DNA from: Scyliorhinus canicula
Taxonomy: Eukaryota
Reading direction: 5' to 3'
Assembly: GCF_902713615.1 (NCBI RefSeq)
Contig: NC_052158.1
Location: 40,973,729 to 41,037,728 of the forward strand
Length of the DNA: 64,000 nucleotides
Below, piece by piece: positions 34,130-47,000 of this stretch. The notes under the pieces were generated by a model. That model saw only the letters and a list, made by a program, of their open reading frames with translations. It was not told the DNA's origin and did not search any database. The position numbers and the translations under genes were made by a program. Every line of letters begins with the position of its first letter. The stretch's first letter is position 1.

Positions 34130-35345
34130 AAGAACAAAGAAAAGTACAGCACAGGAACAGGCCCTCCGGCCCTCCAAGCCTGCGCCGACAATGCTGCCCG
34201 TCTAAACTAAAATCTTCTACACTTCCGGGGTCCGTATCCCTCTATTCCCATCCTATTCATGTATTTGTCAAGATGCCACTTAAACGTCACTATCGACCCT
34301 GCTTCCACCACCTCCTCCAGCAGTGAGTTCCAGGCACCCACTACCCTCTGTGTAAAAAACCTTGCCTCGTACATCTCTAAACCTGCCCCTCGCACCTTAA
34401 ATCTATGCCCCCGAGTAATTGACCCCTCTATCCTGGGAACAAGTCTCTGACTATCCACTCTGTCTATGCCCCGCATAGTTTTGTAGACCTCTATTAGGTC
34501 GCCCCTCAACCTCCTTCGTTCCAGTGAGAACAAACCAAGTTTATTCAACCTCTCCTCGTAGCTAATGCCCTCCTTACCAGGCAGCATCCTTATAAATCTC
34601 TTCTGCACCCTCTCTAAAGCCTCCATATCCTTCTGGTAGTGTGGCGACCAGAATTGAACACTGTACTCCAAGTGTGGCCTAACTAAGGTTCTGTACAGCT
34701 GAACCATGACCTGCCAATTTTTATACTCAATGCCTGGCCAATGAAGGCAACCATGCCGTATGCCTTCTTGACTACCTTCTCCACCTGTGTTGCCCCTTTC
34801 AGTGACCTGTGGACCTTTACACCTAGATCTCCCTGACTGTCAATACTCTTGAGGGTTCTACCATTCACTGTATATTCCCTACCTGTATTAGACCTTCCAA
34901 AATGCATTATCTCACATTTGTCCGGATTAAACGCCATCTGCATCTCTCCGCCCAAGTCTCCAAATGATCTAAATCCTGCTGTATCCTCTGACAGTCCTCA
35001 TCGCTATCCGCAATTCCACCAATCTTTGTGTCGTCCACAAACTTACTAATCAGACCAGTTACATTTTCGTCCAAATCATTTATATATACTACGAACAGAA
35101 AAGGTCCCAGCACTGATCCCTGCGGAACACCACTAGTCACAGCCCTCCAATCAGAAAAGCACCCTTCCATTGCTACTCTCTGCCCTCTATGACCTAGCCA
35201 GTTCTGTATCCATCTTGCCAGCTCACCTCTGATCCCGTAAGACTTCACCTTTTGTACAGTCTGCTGTGAGAGACCTTGTCAAAGCCCTTACTGAAGTCCA
35301 TATAAACAACATCCACTGCCCTACCTGCATCAATCATCTTTGTGA
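34130..35345 (-). mobile_element. 5'-truncated CR1 (RT plus tail)
   Basis: ORFs 34207-34707 and 34907-35248 carry RT motifs. Tail TTCTTTGTTCTTAG. Confidence 0.9.
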
Positions 35346-35840
35346 CCTCTCCGAAAAACTCTTATCAAGTTAGTAAACTCTGTCAAGTTAGAGAAGAGAC
35401 AGAGTGCCATACTAGAGTTTTAGCACTGGGCAAAGATAATCATATAAGCCTGACGACTTGGCCTAAGTAGACTGGGGATAAATAATTGAGGGGAGGACAG
35501 TTGAGGAACAATGGCTGATATTCAGGGAGATATTAAATACTTCTCAATTAAAGTATATTCCTGAGAGGAAGAGGAATTGTAAAAATGTTCCATGGCTAAA
35601 CAAGGATGTCAAAGAGGACATAAAAGGAAAAAACTAGGGCAAACCATACTGCAAAAGCTAGTGGTAAGCTGGAGGATTGGGAGAACTTTAAAGTTCAGCA
35701 AAAGGCTACTAAAAATAAAATCAAAGGAGCAAAGATGAACTCCGAAAGGAAACTAGCTGAAAACATAAACACTGATGCCAAAAGCTGTAAATATATAAAG
35801 AGGAAGAGAATTAGCTAAAATAAATATTGGCCCTTTAGAG

Positions 35841-36640
35841 CAATCATTTTTAAACTCAGGATCATGCCCAGGGTGGGACGTGGGCAGGTGTTGGGAGGGT
35901 CGCGGGCCATTGGTTGCAGCGTTCCCGATCGCGGAAAGAAGTGCCCAACAGCCGCAACTGGCTTTTAAAACTGCCGACCACGACCGGCTTTCAGAATGCC
36001 AGCTGTCCCACACCTGTGTGCCCCCTCAGCAGTACCCAGGCCAGGAGTGCTGCGAGGCAGACCGCAGACCCAGGATTCTTTTTTAAAATGGAGTCTTCTC
36101 TCCAGAAGCGACAGCAGAGAGCAGGTACACTGACGTCAAATGCTCTGGGCACGAGAGGGATTCCTCCATTTTATAGCTGCCAGCAGTGCTGGTGTGAGCT
36201 CCAGGGCCTCTGGTGAACAACCCATTAAGAAGAAGCTAATATCAGAACAAGGCAGTATAAAGATAATTTTTTGAGGTTTGGCTTTATTGTGTGACTGCAA
36301 ATCAGGATGCAAAGCATGTGTGTTATATGCATAGAAGTACTGGGAAATGAAAGATTGAAAACTTCAAAGGCATTTGAAGACTAAGCATGGTGAGTTCGAG
36401 GACAAACCTCTTGATTTTCTTTCAAAAAATGCAATGAGAACTTATATCATTAGCAGAAATGTGATATTGAATAAAAGTGAGATCATGAGGACCAAGCAGG
36501 CTCACCTGTCACATTAAAGGTAACCAAAAATGGTGGGTCGCAAAGGTCAGCCATCATGGGTCCGAAGGTCGGCCAGCGTGGATCCCGAAGGATGGCCGGC
36601 TGGTAAAAATAGGTCCCGGGCAAAACAAGTTTGAAAAACA
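35841..36640 (+). mobile_element. Non-autonomous hAT (Charlie-like) deletion derivative with a BED-finger remnant
   Basis: TIR-like ...TTTTTAAACT / AGTTTGAAAAACA. Flanks CTTTAGAG / CATGAGAG match 6/8. 36255-36440 reads roughly VICIEVLGNERLKTS..HLKTKHGEFEDKPLDF. Confidence 0.7.
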
Positions 36641-37522
36641 CATGAGAGGGCAATGCTGGTGAGGTAATAATGGGGAACACCGAGATGGCGTAGGCACTGA
36701 ACCAATATTTTGCCTTTGTCTTCAAAGTAGAGGATAATCAAAATTCCAAAAAACTTCAGTTAATGCAGAGGAACTTGGTGCAATAACCATCACTAGTGAG
36801 AAGGTATTGAATAAACTAATGGGATTATAGGCAGGTAAATCTCCAGGACCTGATGGCTTGCACCCTCGGATATTAAAGGAGGTGGCAGCAGAGATAGTGG
36901 ATGCATTGGTTCTGATATTTCAAAATTCTCTTGCGTTCTGGAAAGGTCGTGATAGTTTGGAAACATGCTATGTGACGCTCCTATTTGGAAAGGGGGAGAG
37001 GCAAAAAGTAGGAAACTAGACCGGTTAGCTTGACCTCTATGGTGGGGAAGTTGCTGGAATCAATCAATGAGATGAATGAATGTTTGGAAAGACGAAGCTC
37101 AATCCACCATTGTCAACATGGTTTTATGAAGGGTAAGTCATGCTTGACAAACTTACTTGAGTTCTTTGAGGGCATAATCAGGGAGGTTAATAATGGGGAA
37201 CCCATGAATGTGTATGTCTGGACTTCCAGAAGGCGTTTGACAAGGTGTCACATAAAAGACTAATCCAGAAAGTCAGATCACAGGGGATTGAGGGTAGAGT
37301 ACTAGATTGGATTGAGGATTGGCTGACTGACAGAAAACAGGGTCGGGATAAATGGTTTCTTCTCTGGCTGGCGAACGGTATCTAACGAGGTGCTGCGGGG
37401 GTCAGTCCACGGACCTCAACTGTTTACAATCCACAAAAATGATCTGCAAACAGGAACAGAGTGTAACATAGCAAAATTTGTGGATGATACTAAAATAGGT
37501 GGGTAGCCGCAGTGAAGAGAAA

Positions 37523-37691
37523 GGCCAGGATTCTCCACCAGCATGATTCTCCATTATGCCAGCGCCTGGGGGTTTCCCGACGGCATGGGACTGCCCCACA
37601 ATGGGAAACCCTATTGATCGGCTGGCGTAACGGAGAATCCCGCCGGCCGGTCGGGGCAGAAATTGGCGCGGCGGGGCGGAGAATCCCGCCC
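37523..37691. mobile_element. MITE (169 bp) with 14-bp imperfect TIRs
   Basis: GGCCAGGATTCTCC ... GGAGAATCCCGCCC, inserted in CR1 coding sequence. Confidence 0.75.
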
Positions 37692-38246
37692 AAAGAGTTT
37701 ACAGATGGACAGATAGACTAGGAGAATGGGCCAAAATTTGGCAGATGGAGTTTATGTGGATAAGTGTGTGAGGTTATCTATTTTAGCCCAGAAAGACATT
37801 ATTCCAAAATGAAGCAGATTTAAAATGCATCTGGGCAGAAGGATATTGGTGTATTTGTTCATGAATCGCAGAAAGTCAGTATGCAAGTACAGCATGGAAT
37901 TAAAAAGGCAAATGGAATTTTATTATTTATTGCAAAATGACTGGAATATAAAAGTACATAAGTGTTGTTGCAATTGTGTAGGGTGTTGGTGAGACCACAT
38001 CTGGAGTATTGTGTCCATTTTGGTCTCCTTAATTGAGGAAGAATGTGGTGGCATTGGAGGAGGTTCAGAGGTTCATCCCATTGCAAGCTACACAGATGGA
38101 ATTTCACATCGGCCCTGAATCCTCCCTGACACCCCATCCCACAATCTGAGCTGCCTCACAGAAATATCCTTTGACCACGGCACAGAGTGTATTCCTGTAT
38201 GGACTGCTGTTGCACACCCTTCACCTCCCTGGCCAGGCATGCTCTG

Positions 38247-38557
38247 ATAATGATAATCTTTATTATTGTCACAAGTAGGCTTATATTAACAATACAATGA
38301 AGTTACTGTGAAAATCCCCCAGTTGCCACACTCCGGTGCCTGTTTGGGTACACTGAGGGAGAATTCAGAATGTCCGATTCACCTAACAGCACGTCTTTCG
38401 GGGCTTGTGGCAGGAAACCGGAGCACCCGGAGGAAACTCATGCAAGCACGATGAGAATGGGCAGACTCTGCACAGACAGTTACCCAAGCCAGGAATTGAA
38501 CCTGGGACCCTGGTGCTATGAAGCAACAGTGCTAAGCACTGTGCTACCGGGCTGCCC
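38247..38557 (-). mobile_element. V-SINE, tail type B
   Basis: Head, V-domain and tail as in 2021-2288. Confidence 0.9.
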
Positions 38558-38805
38558 AACGTGCCTTATTGCCGGCCAGTGGTGGAGGTCCCAGTAGAGA
38601 GCTCCTCCACCTTGCCATTGGGGATCATGAGTCAAGGGTGCTTCATGCAGTGGTCCCAAAGATTGGTAGGCTATGATGGTTCACGGAGCCCAAGATGCCT
38701 GCATCTTTTGAAATCTTGTGGAGTCCATGAACTTTGCATATTTAAGTTGCCTGAGGCTGCATATTCTTTTTAGTTTTCTGAAAATTGTGGTTACGTTTTA
38801 GACCA

Positions 38806-39085
38806 TAGACCATAAGACATAGGAGCAGAATTAGGCCACTTAGCCCATCGAGTCTGCTCCGCCATTCAATCATGGCTGATATTTTCTCATCCTCATTCTC
38901 CTGCCTTCTCCCCATAACCCCTGATCCCCTTATTAATGAAGAACCTATCTATCTCTGTCTTAAAGACTCAGTGAATTGGCCTCCACAGCCTTCTGGGGCA
39001 AAGAGTTCCACAGATTCACTACCCTCTGGCTGAAGAAATTCCTCATCTCTGTTTTAAAGGATCGTCCCTTTAATCTGAGATGGTG
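38806..39085 (-). mobile_element. CR1 3' tail fragment
   Basis: Matches the 3' end of the CR1 at 49809-50070. Confidence 0.8.
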
Positions 39086-39599
39086 TCCTGTTTTGTTGCA
39101 CTTCAACCTTTTACTCCTGATTACCTGGTACGGAGGTGGGCAGGGAGAGGGGACGTCCTGGTGTGCTTCTCCTGGCTCTTGCCAAGGCGGCCAGTCATAG
39201 GACCAGGCAGCTAGAGTTCAAGGGGGTTGTCTGCATTTCTTTCATGACTGCTGTCAGATCTTGGCAAGGGAGCACATGGTGTCCACCTCTGTTGGGAGGC
39301 CTTTCCTGGTCGGTGGGTAACCCAGGGGCAGGGATGCATAGGAGACCCCCAGAGCCACAATTTAAAGTTTAGTAAGTTTCCTTTGAGATTTTTGAGGTTT
39401 GTTACAGACAGGAGGGGGATCAATTTAAACCGACCCAATTTCTCCTCCTCCTACTTGTCTGTAAACAGAAAGGTATTTTTATTTCCCCCTTTATAAATAG
39501 TGGCGTATTTTCCCAATCTTTAAATTTGGAGTTTACATAGCAAACTCGAAATAAGATGAAATAAAAGGGTTGGTTTATTACAAATACACAGCAAACATG

Positions 39600-40035
39600 G
39601 GGCGGTGTTCCTGCTGCCCGGAACTGGGTTTTACAGGTGCGCATCTCCAATCCAGCCCTCCGGCCCCGCCCGCGTGACAGGCGCTGTGGCTCTCGCGCTT
39701 TGTCTTGTTTGAACCCCCGAACGCCGCACGCGCGGCCTAACAGCCAACAGCACGAGACACCGCGGGGTGGGCATCATTGGATCGCAAACATCAGTTGCTG
39801 ACCTGGATTACGTGATGGCCAGTGTCCATGGCGCATGCGCAAAGCCAGGGGCCGAGCCGGAAAGCTCTGTCCTGCTCTCCGTGATTGGCTGCCCAGAGGG
39901 AGTGACGTATTACTTGTGGGCGGCTGTTCTCTGAGGGACGGTCAATCAGAGGGTCCCCCCACTGCCCATCCCCCTGCACTGCACCTCAGCTGCTGCACTT
40001 CCTGCAGGGTTAGAAAACCAACTGAGACGGTGAGT
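39600..40035 (+). promoter_or_regulatory. CpG-island promoter and first exon of ZNF gene 2; donor GTGAGT at 40030
   Basis: Dense CpG. GC boxes, NRF1 palindrome GCGCATGCGC (39831-39840), ETS CCGGAA (39857), ATTGG (39884), TGACGT (39903). Candidate acceptor TTTTATTTTTCAG ends at 41453. Confidence 0.75.
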
Positions 40036-40689
40036 GAAGGAGAACAGTATCTACAATTCCTGACCAGATAAGGGATCACTAGTCTTTAGAGACCTATCCT
40101 TCGTCCACTTCCCCAGTGATGATTAACATGGTGAAGTCCTCATTCATCAGTTGGGAGGGGAATGGTAGTTTTCCATGAACTTGTTTGATCTGAAGTCATG
40201 AGACTCCATGGAGTCAATATTGAGGAATTTCCCCAACTGCCTGTCTGATGGGACATTCCCAGGGATGGTGAGGGAGGAGCCTGGGATGTTCCCAAATTGA
40301 TACCACTCAGTAAATATCACTGATACTTGACCGGGACAGCTTTCCTCACTTGGGTACTTGTCCTCGGACCTTGGTAAGTGAGACTTCACAGATTTCACTG
40401 CTGAGATCACCTTAATCTTATTCTGACACAAAGCCAGGATTGTCCAGGTCTGTCTGACATTTCTTATTATTTCTCATTATCGGACTTTGTAGTGATTGTT
40501 CATCATTGTTTGCTGGACCACTTCAGAGTGCAGTTCAGAGTCAACCCTGTGTGGGACTGGAGTCACATGTAGACCAGACCAGGCAGTTGGTGCAGGTTCC
40601 CTTCCCTCAAGGACAATATTTAGGTTTTTGGAACAACCTGAAAGTTTTCATTTCATTCTATTTCAAAATGTATTGAATTCAGCTTCATA

Positions 40690-40850
40690 ACATGGAGTGT
40701 TTGAAGGGAATAACATTGATGTTTTCAAGGGGAAAAGGTAAGCGCATGAGGAACAGAAGGATGAGAAGAAGAGGATGGAGAGGGGGCTTGTGTGAAGCAT
40801 GAACACCAGCATAGAGCAATTCGGCCGAATGGCCTGATTCTGCTTCATAA
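40690..40850 (+). mobile_element. CR1 3' tail fragment in ZNF2 intron 1
   Basis: GGCCGAATGGCCTGATTCTGC...TTCTATG tail. Confidence 0.6.
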
Positions 40851-41898
40851 TTCTATGTATGTAACTTTCCGTGGTTGGATTTGAACTCTCAATCTCTGGA
40901 TTGTTGATCCAGCATTATAGATACACATGATTAAAACCTCTTTTATTGCCTTCTTTAAGATTTTACCCACAGGCCTCGGCCTTTCCCAAAGATCTGGGCT
41001 TGGATTTGATAGTTTTGCCCAGTGCAGTGTGTGAGAGCTGAATTTGGGATGTGCCATCTGAGTGAGTGCAGTGTATCTAATTTCCCAGGATAAACCAGAA
41101 CCCTTCAATCAGCTACACTGAAGAAATATTTTCCCTTTGTTGTTCTCAAATAATTTTGGAAAACAAAGGGAGAAATTTCAAATCTCCATTGAATTAACCT
41201 TTCTCCAGAATTGATAGACTGTTTTACATACCACCCAACCATCTTTCCCATTGCCTTCAAGATGGAGGCTGGGCGAAGTAAATAAAGTAGCCATGTTGTC
41301 TGCTCTTGGTCACTATCCAATGCCCTGCAGTCAGTGAGGAAAAGGAAAGGCAGAACAGCACTTATTCTGGAACAGTCTCTAACTGATGAGTCAGACCCTT
41401 CAACAAAGGAGGAGAGGGAGTTAGAAGAAATCATGTTTCCTTTTATTTTTCAGAAAAATTACACCGTACTACACCAAAGAATACAGAGAGGATAGACACC
41501 GCATATAGATCTTGACCATCACCCAAGGAAGAACTGCACAACTGTGGGAAGACATCCAGTCCCTTCACAGCATTGCTCAACACAGAGGGTCAGGCAGTGA
41601 AACCATCATCTGGAAATCACTTTGGTTAGTGGAGTATTGACATGTCATCGGATCTGAAGCTGGTCAGTGGTGTGGAACCTTCTATCAGAATCAGCTTTTC
41701 TGAAGGTTCGGCTGTGGGCGATCGGTGAGGGTGAGGCTGGAGGAAATATGGACTTCAAGTGTGGTGAAAGGTTCAATAATTCATTGAGTTTCAAAACCAT
41801 CAACCTTCGCTGTAGGTGAGAGGCTGTTCACGTGAGGGATGTGAGATCTAATAAGCAAGATGCATCTGTAGGAGAACTGTTGACGTGAGAGCAACTAA

Positions 41899-42915
41899 AT
41901 GGAAGTGAAACCATTCAAGTGTGAAGTTTGTGATAAAACATTTGTGACGTCCACGAGGCTCCTAATACATCAGCGGATTCACACAGGAGAAAAACCCTTC
42001 AAGTGTGGGATTTGTGAAATGGTTTTCACCCAATCCTCCCATCTCCTCTCACACCAGAGGATTCACACTGGGGAGAAATCCTTCATGTGCCAGGTGTGCA
42101 ATAAGTCATTTGCGCAATTATCGACCCTCCGTGTACACCAACGGATTCATACAGGGGAGAAACCATTTATTTGCAAGGTGTGCAGTAAATCATTCTCACA
42201 GTCATCAAATCTCCATGCACACCAACGCATTCACACTGGGAAGAAGCCATACCTATGTGAGGTGTGCAATGCATCATTCTCATACCCATCAAACCTCCGC
42301 AAACACCAACACCTTCACACTGGGAAAAAACCATTCAAGTGTGAGGTGTGTGACCGAGCCTTCGCAATGTTAGCAACGCTTGTGACTCACCAACACATTC
42401 ACACTGGGGAGAAGCCATTCAAGTGTGAGATGTGCAACAAATCATTTTCGCAGTCATGGACTCTCCTCGTACACCAACGCATTCACACTGGAGAGAAGCC
42501 GTTCATGTGCAAGGTGTGCAACAAGTCATTCACACGGTCTTCGACTCTTCTCCAACACCACCGCATTCACACCGGGGAGAAGCCATTCATGTGTGGTGTG
42601 TGCAATAAATCATTCTTGCGGTCATCAACTCTCCTTGAACACCAACGCATTCATACCAGGGAGAACCCATTCATGTGTGACGTGTGCGATAAATCATTCT
42701 CACGGTCATCGACCCTTGTTGTACACCAACGCATCCATACTGGGGAGAAACCATTCACATGCGAGGTGTGTGACAAATCATTCTCCGACTCATCAAACCT
42801 CCGGAAACACCAACGTGTCCACGCAGAACAGAAACCATTCATGTATGAGGTATGCAACAATCCTTCTCAAGGTCATAAAAACTATTGTTCCATCAAAGTA
42901 TCCACACAGGAATAA
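41899..42915 (+). CDS. C2H2 zinc-finger protein, 11 intact fingers plus a degenerate 12th, 338 aa
   Basis: Starts MEVKPF. Canonical fingers and linkers. The twelfth repeat lost its first Cys and is frameshifted. Decayed fingers continue to ~43320. Confidence 0.9.
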   Translation: MEVKPFKCEVCDKTFVTSTRLLIHQRIHTGEKPFKCGICEMVFTQSSHLLSHQRIHTGEKSFMCQVCNKSFAQLSTLRVHQRIHTGEKPFICKVCSKSFSQSSNLHAHQRIHTGKKPYLCEVCNASFSYPSNLRKHQHLHTGKKPFKCEVCDRAFAMLATLVTHQHIHTGEKPFKCEMCNKSFSQSWTLLVHQRIHTGEKPFMCKVCNKSFTRSSTLLQHHRIHTGEKPFMCGVCNKSFLRSSTLLEHQRIHTRENPFMCDVCDKSFSRSSTLVVHQRIHTGEKPFTCEVCDKSFSDSSNLRKHQRVHAEQKPFMYEVCNNPSQGHKNYCSIKVSTQE

Positions 42916-44079
42916 CCCTTCAAGTGCAAGATTTGCGATAAAGCTTTAATCACATATTTAACCCTCCTGGAGCTCCAGGTCATACAGGGGAGAAACTCTT
43001 TTAAGTGTGATGTTGGTAACAAGGCTTCTATGCACTCCTGTGATCTCCCGAAGTACCAGTGGATCCACACTGTTGAGAAAGTATTCAGGTGTGAGGTGTG
43101 TGACAAGGCTTTCACACAATCAACTTACTTCTGGTCCATCAACACACATGCATAGGGGAGAAACCACATCAATGTGAATTCTGTAATAAAGCCTTCACAG
43201 AGTTATAGGACCTCCTGGAACATCAGTGAACCCACACGGAAGACAAACCCTTCCAGTGTGACGTGTCAGGATTGTTTCACCTACTCCTCTCTCACCAAAC
43301 ACCAACATCTCTGCACGGACTTGGAGCCGGCACATCTGCTTCCATTACACCCAATGTTGTCTGTGTTGTTTACCCTCTGGTGCTTTCACAGGGGAGCTGT
43401 ACTTCCAAAGCACTTGAAGGAAATCAACTATTTTCTGATAGGTAAAAGGCTTTTTTAATGTAAATATTAAAGCCCAGCCTTTAATACCCATTTTAAAATA
43501 AGGATTTCAGTATTCATAACCTTAGGTCATGACAGAACACATAATTTAAACAGGTTCAGAGGTTCAAAGCCTGACACATCCACAAACTAATTGGAGATAA
43601 AAACTAAATTTTACTGACAATATGAACGGGCTAATGAACGGATTTCAAAGTTAGTTTCATATTGAGAAATGAGTTGTACCAGTAATCAAGGTCGAAATAA
43701 GCACCATAGCAATATGAAGAAACCATTGTTCAGAATATGGATAAGGTAAAGTCAGTAGAAAATCAGTAAAAACTAGACTTGATTACAGCATAAAATCACA
43801 TTCCATAGCATACACAAATATTCAAACGTGAAACATTTAAACCTTATGTTGCACATTGAGGATTGACAGTTAACCATCGAATCAAATGTATTTGAAACTC
43901 CCCCAAACCAATTAGTATGACATAGAGGTGTAGACAGATGGCTCAGACTGATAACATTCTCCTTAAACATGAGGGTCCAAGCAGCCCTTTTCTATCCAGG
44001 ATAACTCTATACTTTGATCTAACTACTTGCTGTCCTTATTTTCATATTTGTTAATTAAAAAAAAAAGTTTTCAGTACTT

Positions 44080-47000
44080 GAGAAGTTAGTTCAGTGGGAA
44101 TGGAGGTTAGGGCAGTTGAATGTTCCTCCTGCAGAATGTGGGAGGAAAGGGTCACCTCGAGTGTCCCTGCTGACTACATCTGCGGGAAGTGCACCCAACT
44201 CCAGCTCCTCGAGAACCGCGTTAGGGACCTGGAGCTGGAGTTGGATGAACTTCGGATCATTCGGGAGGCGGTTATTGAGAGGAGTTATAGGGAGGTAGTC
44301 ACACCTCAGGTAAAAGAAGAAGGTAGATGGGTTACCGTCAGGGGAGGGAGAGGGAACCGGCAGGCAGTGCAGGGATCCCCTGTGGTCGTTCCCCTCAATA
44401 ACAAGTATACCGTTTTGGATACTGTTGCGGGGAACGACTTACCAGGGGTAAGCAATGGGGCACAGGTCTCTGGCACAGTGTCTGTCCCTGTTGCTCAGAA
44501 GGGAAGGGAGAAGAGGAACAGAGCACTTGTCATTGGGGACTCCATAGTTAGAGGAACAGACAGGAGGTTCTGTGGGAACGAAAGAGACTCATGGTGGTGT
44601 GTTGCCTCCTAGGTGCCAGGGTTCGTGATGTCTCTGATTGTGTTTTTGGGATCCTTAAGGGGGAGGGGGAGCAGCCACAAGTCGTGGTCCACATAGGTAC
44701 CAACGACATAGGTAGGAAGAGAGATGGGGATTTGAGACAGAAATTCCAGGAGCTAGGGTGGAAGCTGAGAGCTAGAACAAACAGAGTTATCTCTGGGTTG
44801 TTACTCATGCCACGTGCTAGCGAAGTGAGAAATAAGGAGAGAGAGGAGTTGAACACGTGGCTACAGGGATGGTGCAGGAGGGAGGGTTTTGGTTTCCTGG
44901 ATAATTGGGGCTCATTCTGGGGTAGGTGGGACCTCTACAACCAGGATGGTCTTCACCTGAACCAGAGGGGTACCAATATCCTGGGCGGGGAGATTTGCTA
45001 GTGCTCTTCGGGGGGGTTTAAACTAATTCAGTAGGGGGATGGGAACCTAAATTGTAGTCCCAGTGTACAGGATGTTGAGAGTAGTGAGGTCAAGGATAGC
45101 GTTAAAAGTTTGAAAGAGGGCACCGGCAAGCAAGACGCTGGTTTGAAGTGTGTCTACTTCAACGCCAGGAGCATCCGGAATAAGGTGGGTGAGCTTGCAG
45201 CATGGGTTGGTACCTGGGATCTCGATGTTGTGGCGATTTCGGAGACATGGGTAGATCAGGGACAGGAATGGTTGTTGCAGGTTCCAGGATTTAGATGTTT
45301 CTGTAAGAACTGAGAAGGTGGTAAAAGAGGGGGGTGTGTGGCATTGTTAATCAAGGAAAGTATTACGGTGGTAGAAAGGACGTTTGAGGACTCGTCTACT
45401 GAGGTAGTATGCGCCGAGGTTAGGAACAGGAGAGGAGAGGTCACCCTGTTGGGAGTTGTCTATAGACCTCCGAATAGTTCCAGAGATGTAGAGGAAAGGA
45501 TAGCAAAGATGATTCTCGACAGGAGCGAGAGTAACAGGGTTTTTGTTATGGGGGACTTTAACTTTCCAAATATTGACTGGAAATACTATAGTTCGAGTAC
45601 TATAGATGGGTCAGTTTTTGTGCAGTGTGTGCAGGAGGGTTTTCTGACACAGTAGGTAGACAGGCCAACAAAGGGCGATGCCACATTGGATTTGTTACTG
45701 GGTAATGAACCCAGCCAGGTGTTAGATTTAGATGTAGGTGAGCACTTTGGTGATAGTAATCACAATTCGGTTATGTTTACTTTAGCGATGGGCAGGGATA
45801 GGTATATACCGCAAAGCAAGAATTATAGCTGGGGGAAAGGCAATTATGATGCTATTCGGCAAGATTTAGGATGGGGAAGGAAACTGCAGGGGATGGGTAC
45901 AATCGAAATGTGGAGCTTTTTCAAGGAACAGCTACTGCGTGTCCTTGATAAGTATGTACCTGTCAGGCAGGGAGGAAGTTGTCGAGCAAGGGAACCGTGG
46001 TTTACTAACGAAGTTGAAGCACTTGTCAAGAGGAAGAAGAAGGCTTATGTTAGGATGAGACATGAAGGCTCAGTTAGGGCATTTGAGAGTTACAAGTTAG
46101 CCAGGAAGGACCTAAAGGGAGAGTTAAGAAGAGCGAGGAGAGGACACGAAAAGTCATTGGCGGATAGGATCAATAGAAACCCTAAGGCTTTCTATAGGTG
46201 TATCAGGAACAAAAGAATGACTAGAGTAAGATTAGGGCCAATCAAGGATAGTAGTGGAAAGTTGTGTGTGGAATCAGAGGAGATAGGGGAAGCGTTAAAT
46301 GGATATTTTTCGTCAGTGTTTACACTGGAGAAAGACAATGTTGTCGAGGAGAATACTCGGGTACAGTCAACCAGGCTACATGGGATTGAGGTTCACAAGG
46401 AGGAGGTGTTAGCAATTTTGGAAAGTGTAAAAATAGATAAGTCCCCTGGGCCAGATGGGATTTATCCTAGGATTCTCTGAGAAGCCAGGGAGGAGATTGA
46501 AGAGCCTTTGTCCTTGATCTTTATGTCGTCTTTGTCGACAGGAATAGTGCCTGAAGACTGGAGAATAGCAAATGTTGTCCCCTTGTTCAAGAAGGGGAGT
46601 AGAGACAACCCTGGTAATTATAGACCTGTGAGCCTTACTTCGGTTGTGGATAAAATGTTGGAAAAGGTTAAAAGAGATAGGGTTTATAATCATCTTGAAA
46701 AGAACAAGTTGATTAGCGATAGTCAACACGGTTTTGTGAAGGGTAGGTCATGCCTCACAAACCTTATTGAGTTTTTTGAGAAGGTGACCAAACAGGTGGA
46801 TGAGGGTAAAGCGGTTGATGTGGTGTATATGGATTTCAGTAAAGCGTTTGATAAGGTTCCCCACAGTAGGCTATTGCAGAAAATACGGAAATATGGGATT
46901 GAAGGTGATTTAGCAGTTGGATCAGTAATTGGCTAGCTGAAAGAAAACAGGGTGGCGGTTGATGGCAAATGTGCATCCTGGAGTTCAGTTACTAGTGGTG

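Larger units (their letters stand above)
35400..38060 (+). mobile_element. Old CR1 ORF2 fragment interrupted by a hAT derivative and a MITE
   Basis: GKSCLTNLLEFF and other RT remnants with many stops. Confidence 0.75.

Noticed and set aside
41385-41420. CTGATGAG (also near 40140 on the minus strand) as hammerhead cores
   Set aside because: No downstream GAAA box or paired stems, and not in a Penelope context.
43414-44080. AT-rich segment as a numt or endogenous viral element
   Set aside because: No mitochondrial gene, control-region motif or viral ORF recognised.
45024-45055. Apparent compensatory pair TAGG/CCTA versus CAGG/CCTG downstream of the slippery site
   Set aside because: The CAG-to-TAG change creates an ORF2 stop, so it is post-insertion decay and not selected covariation.
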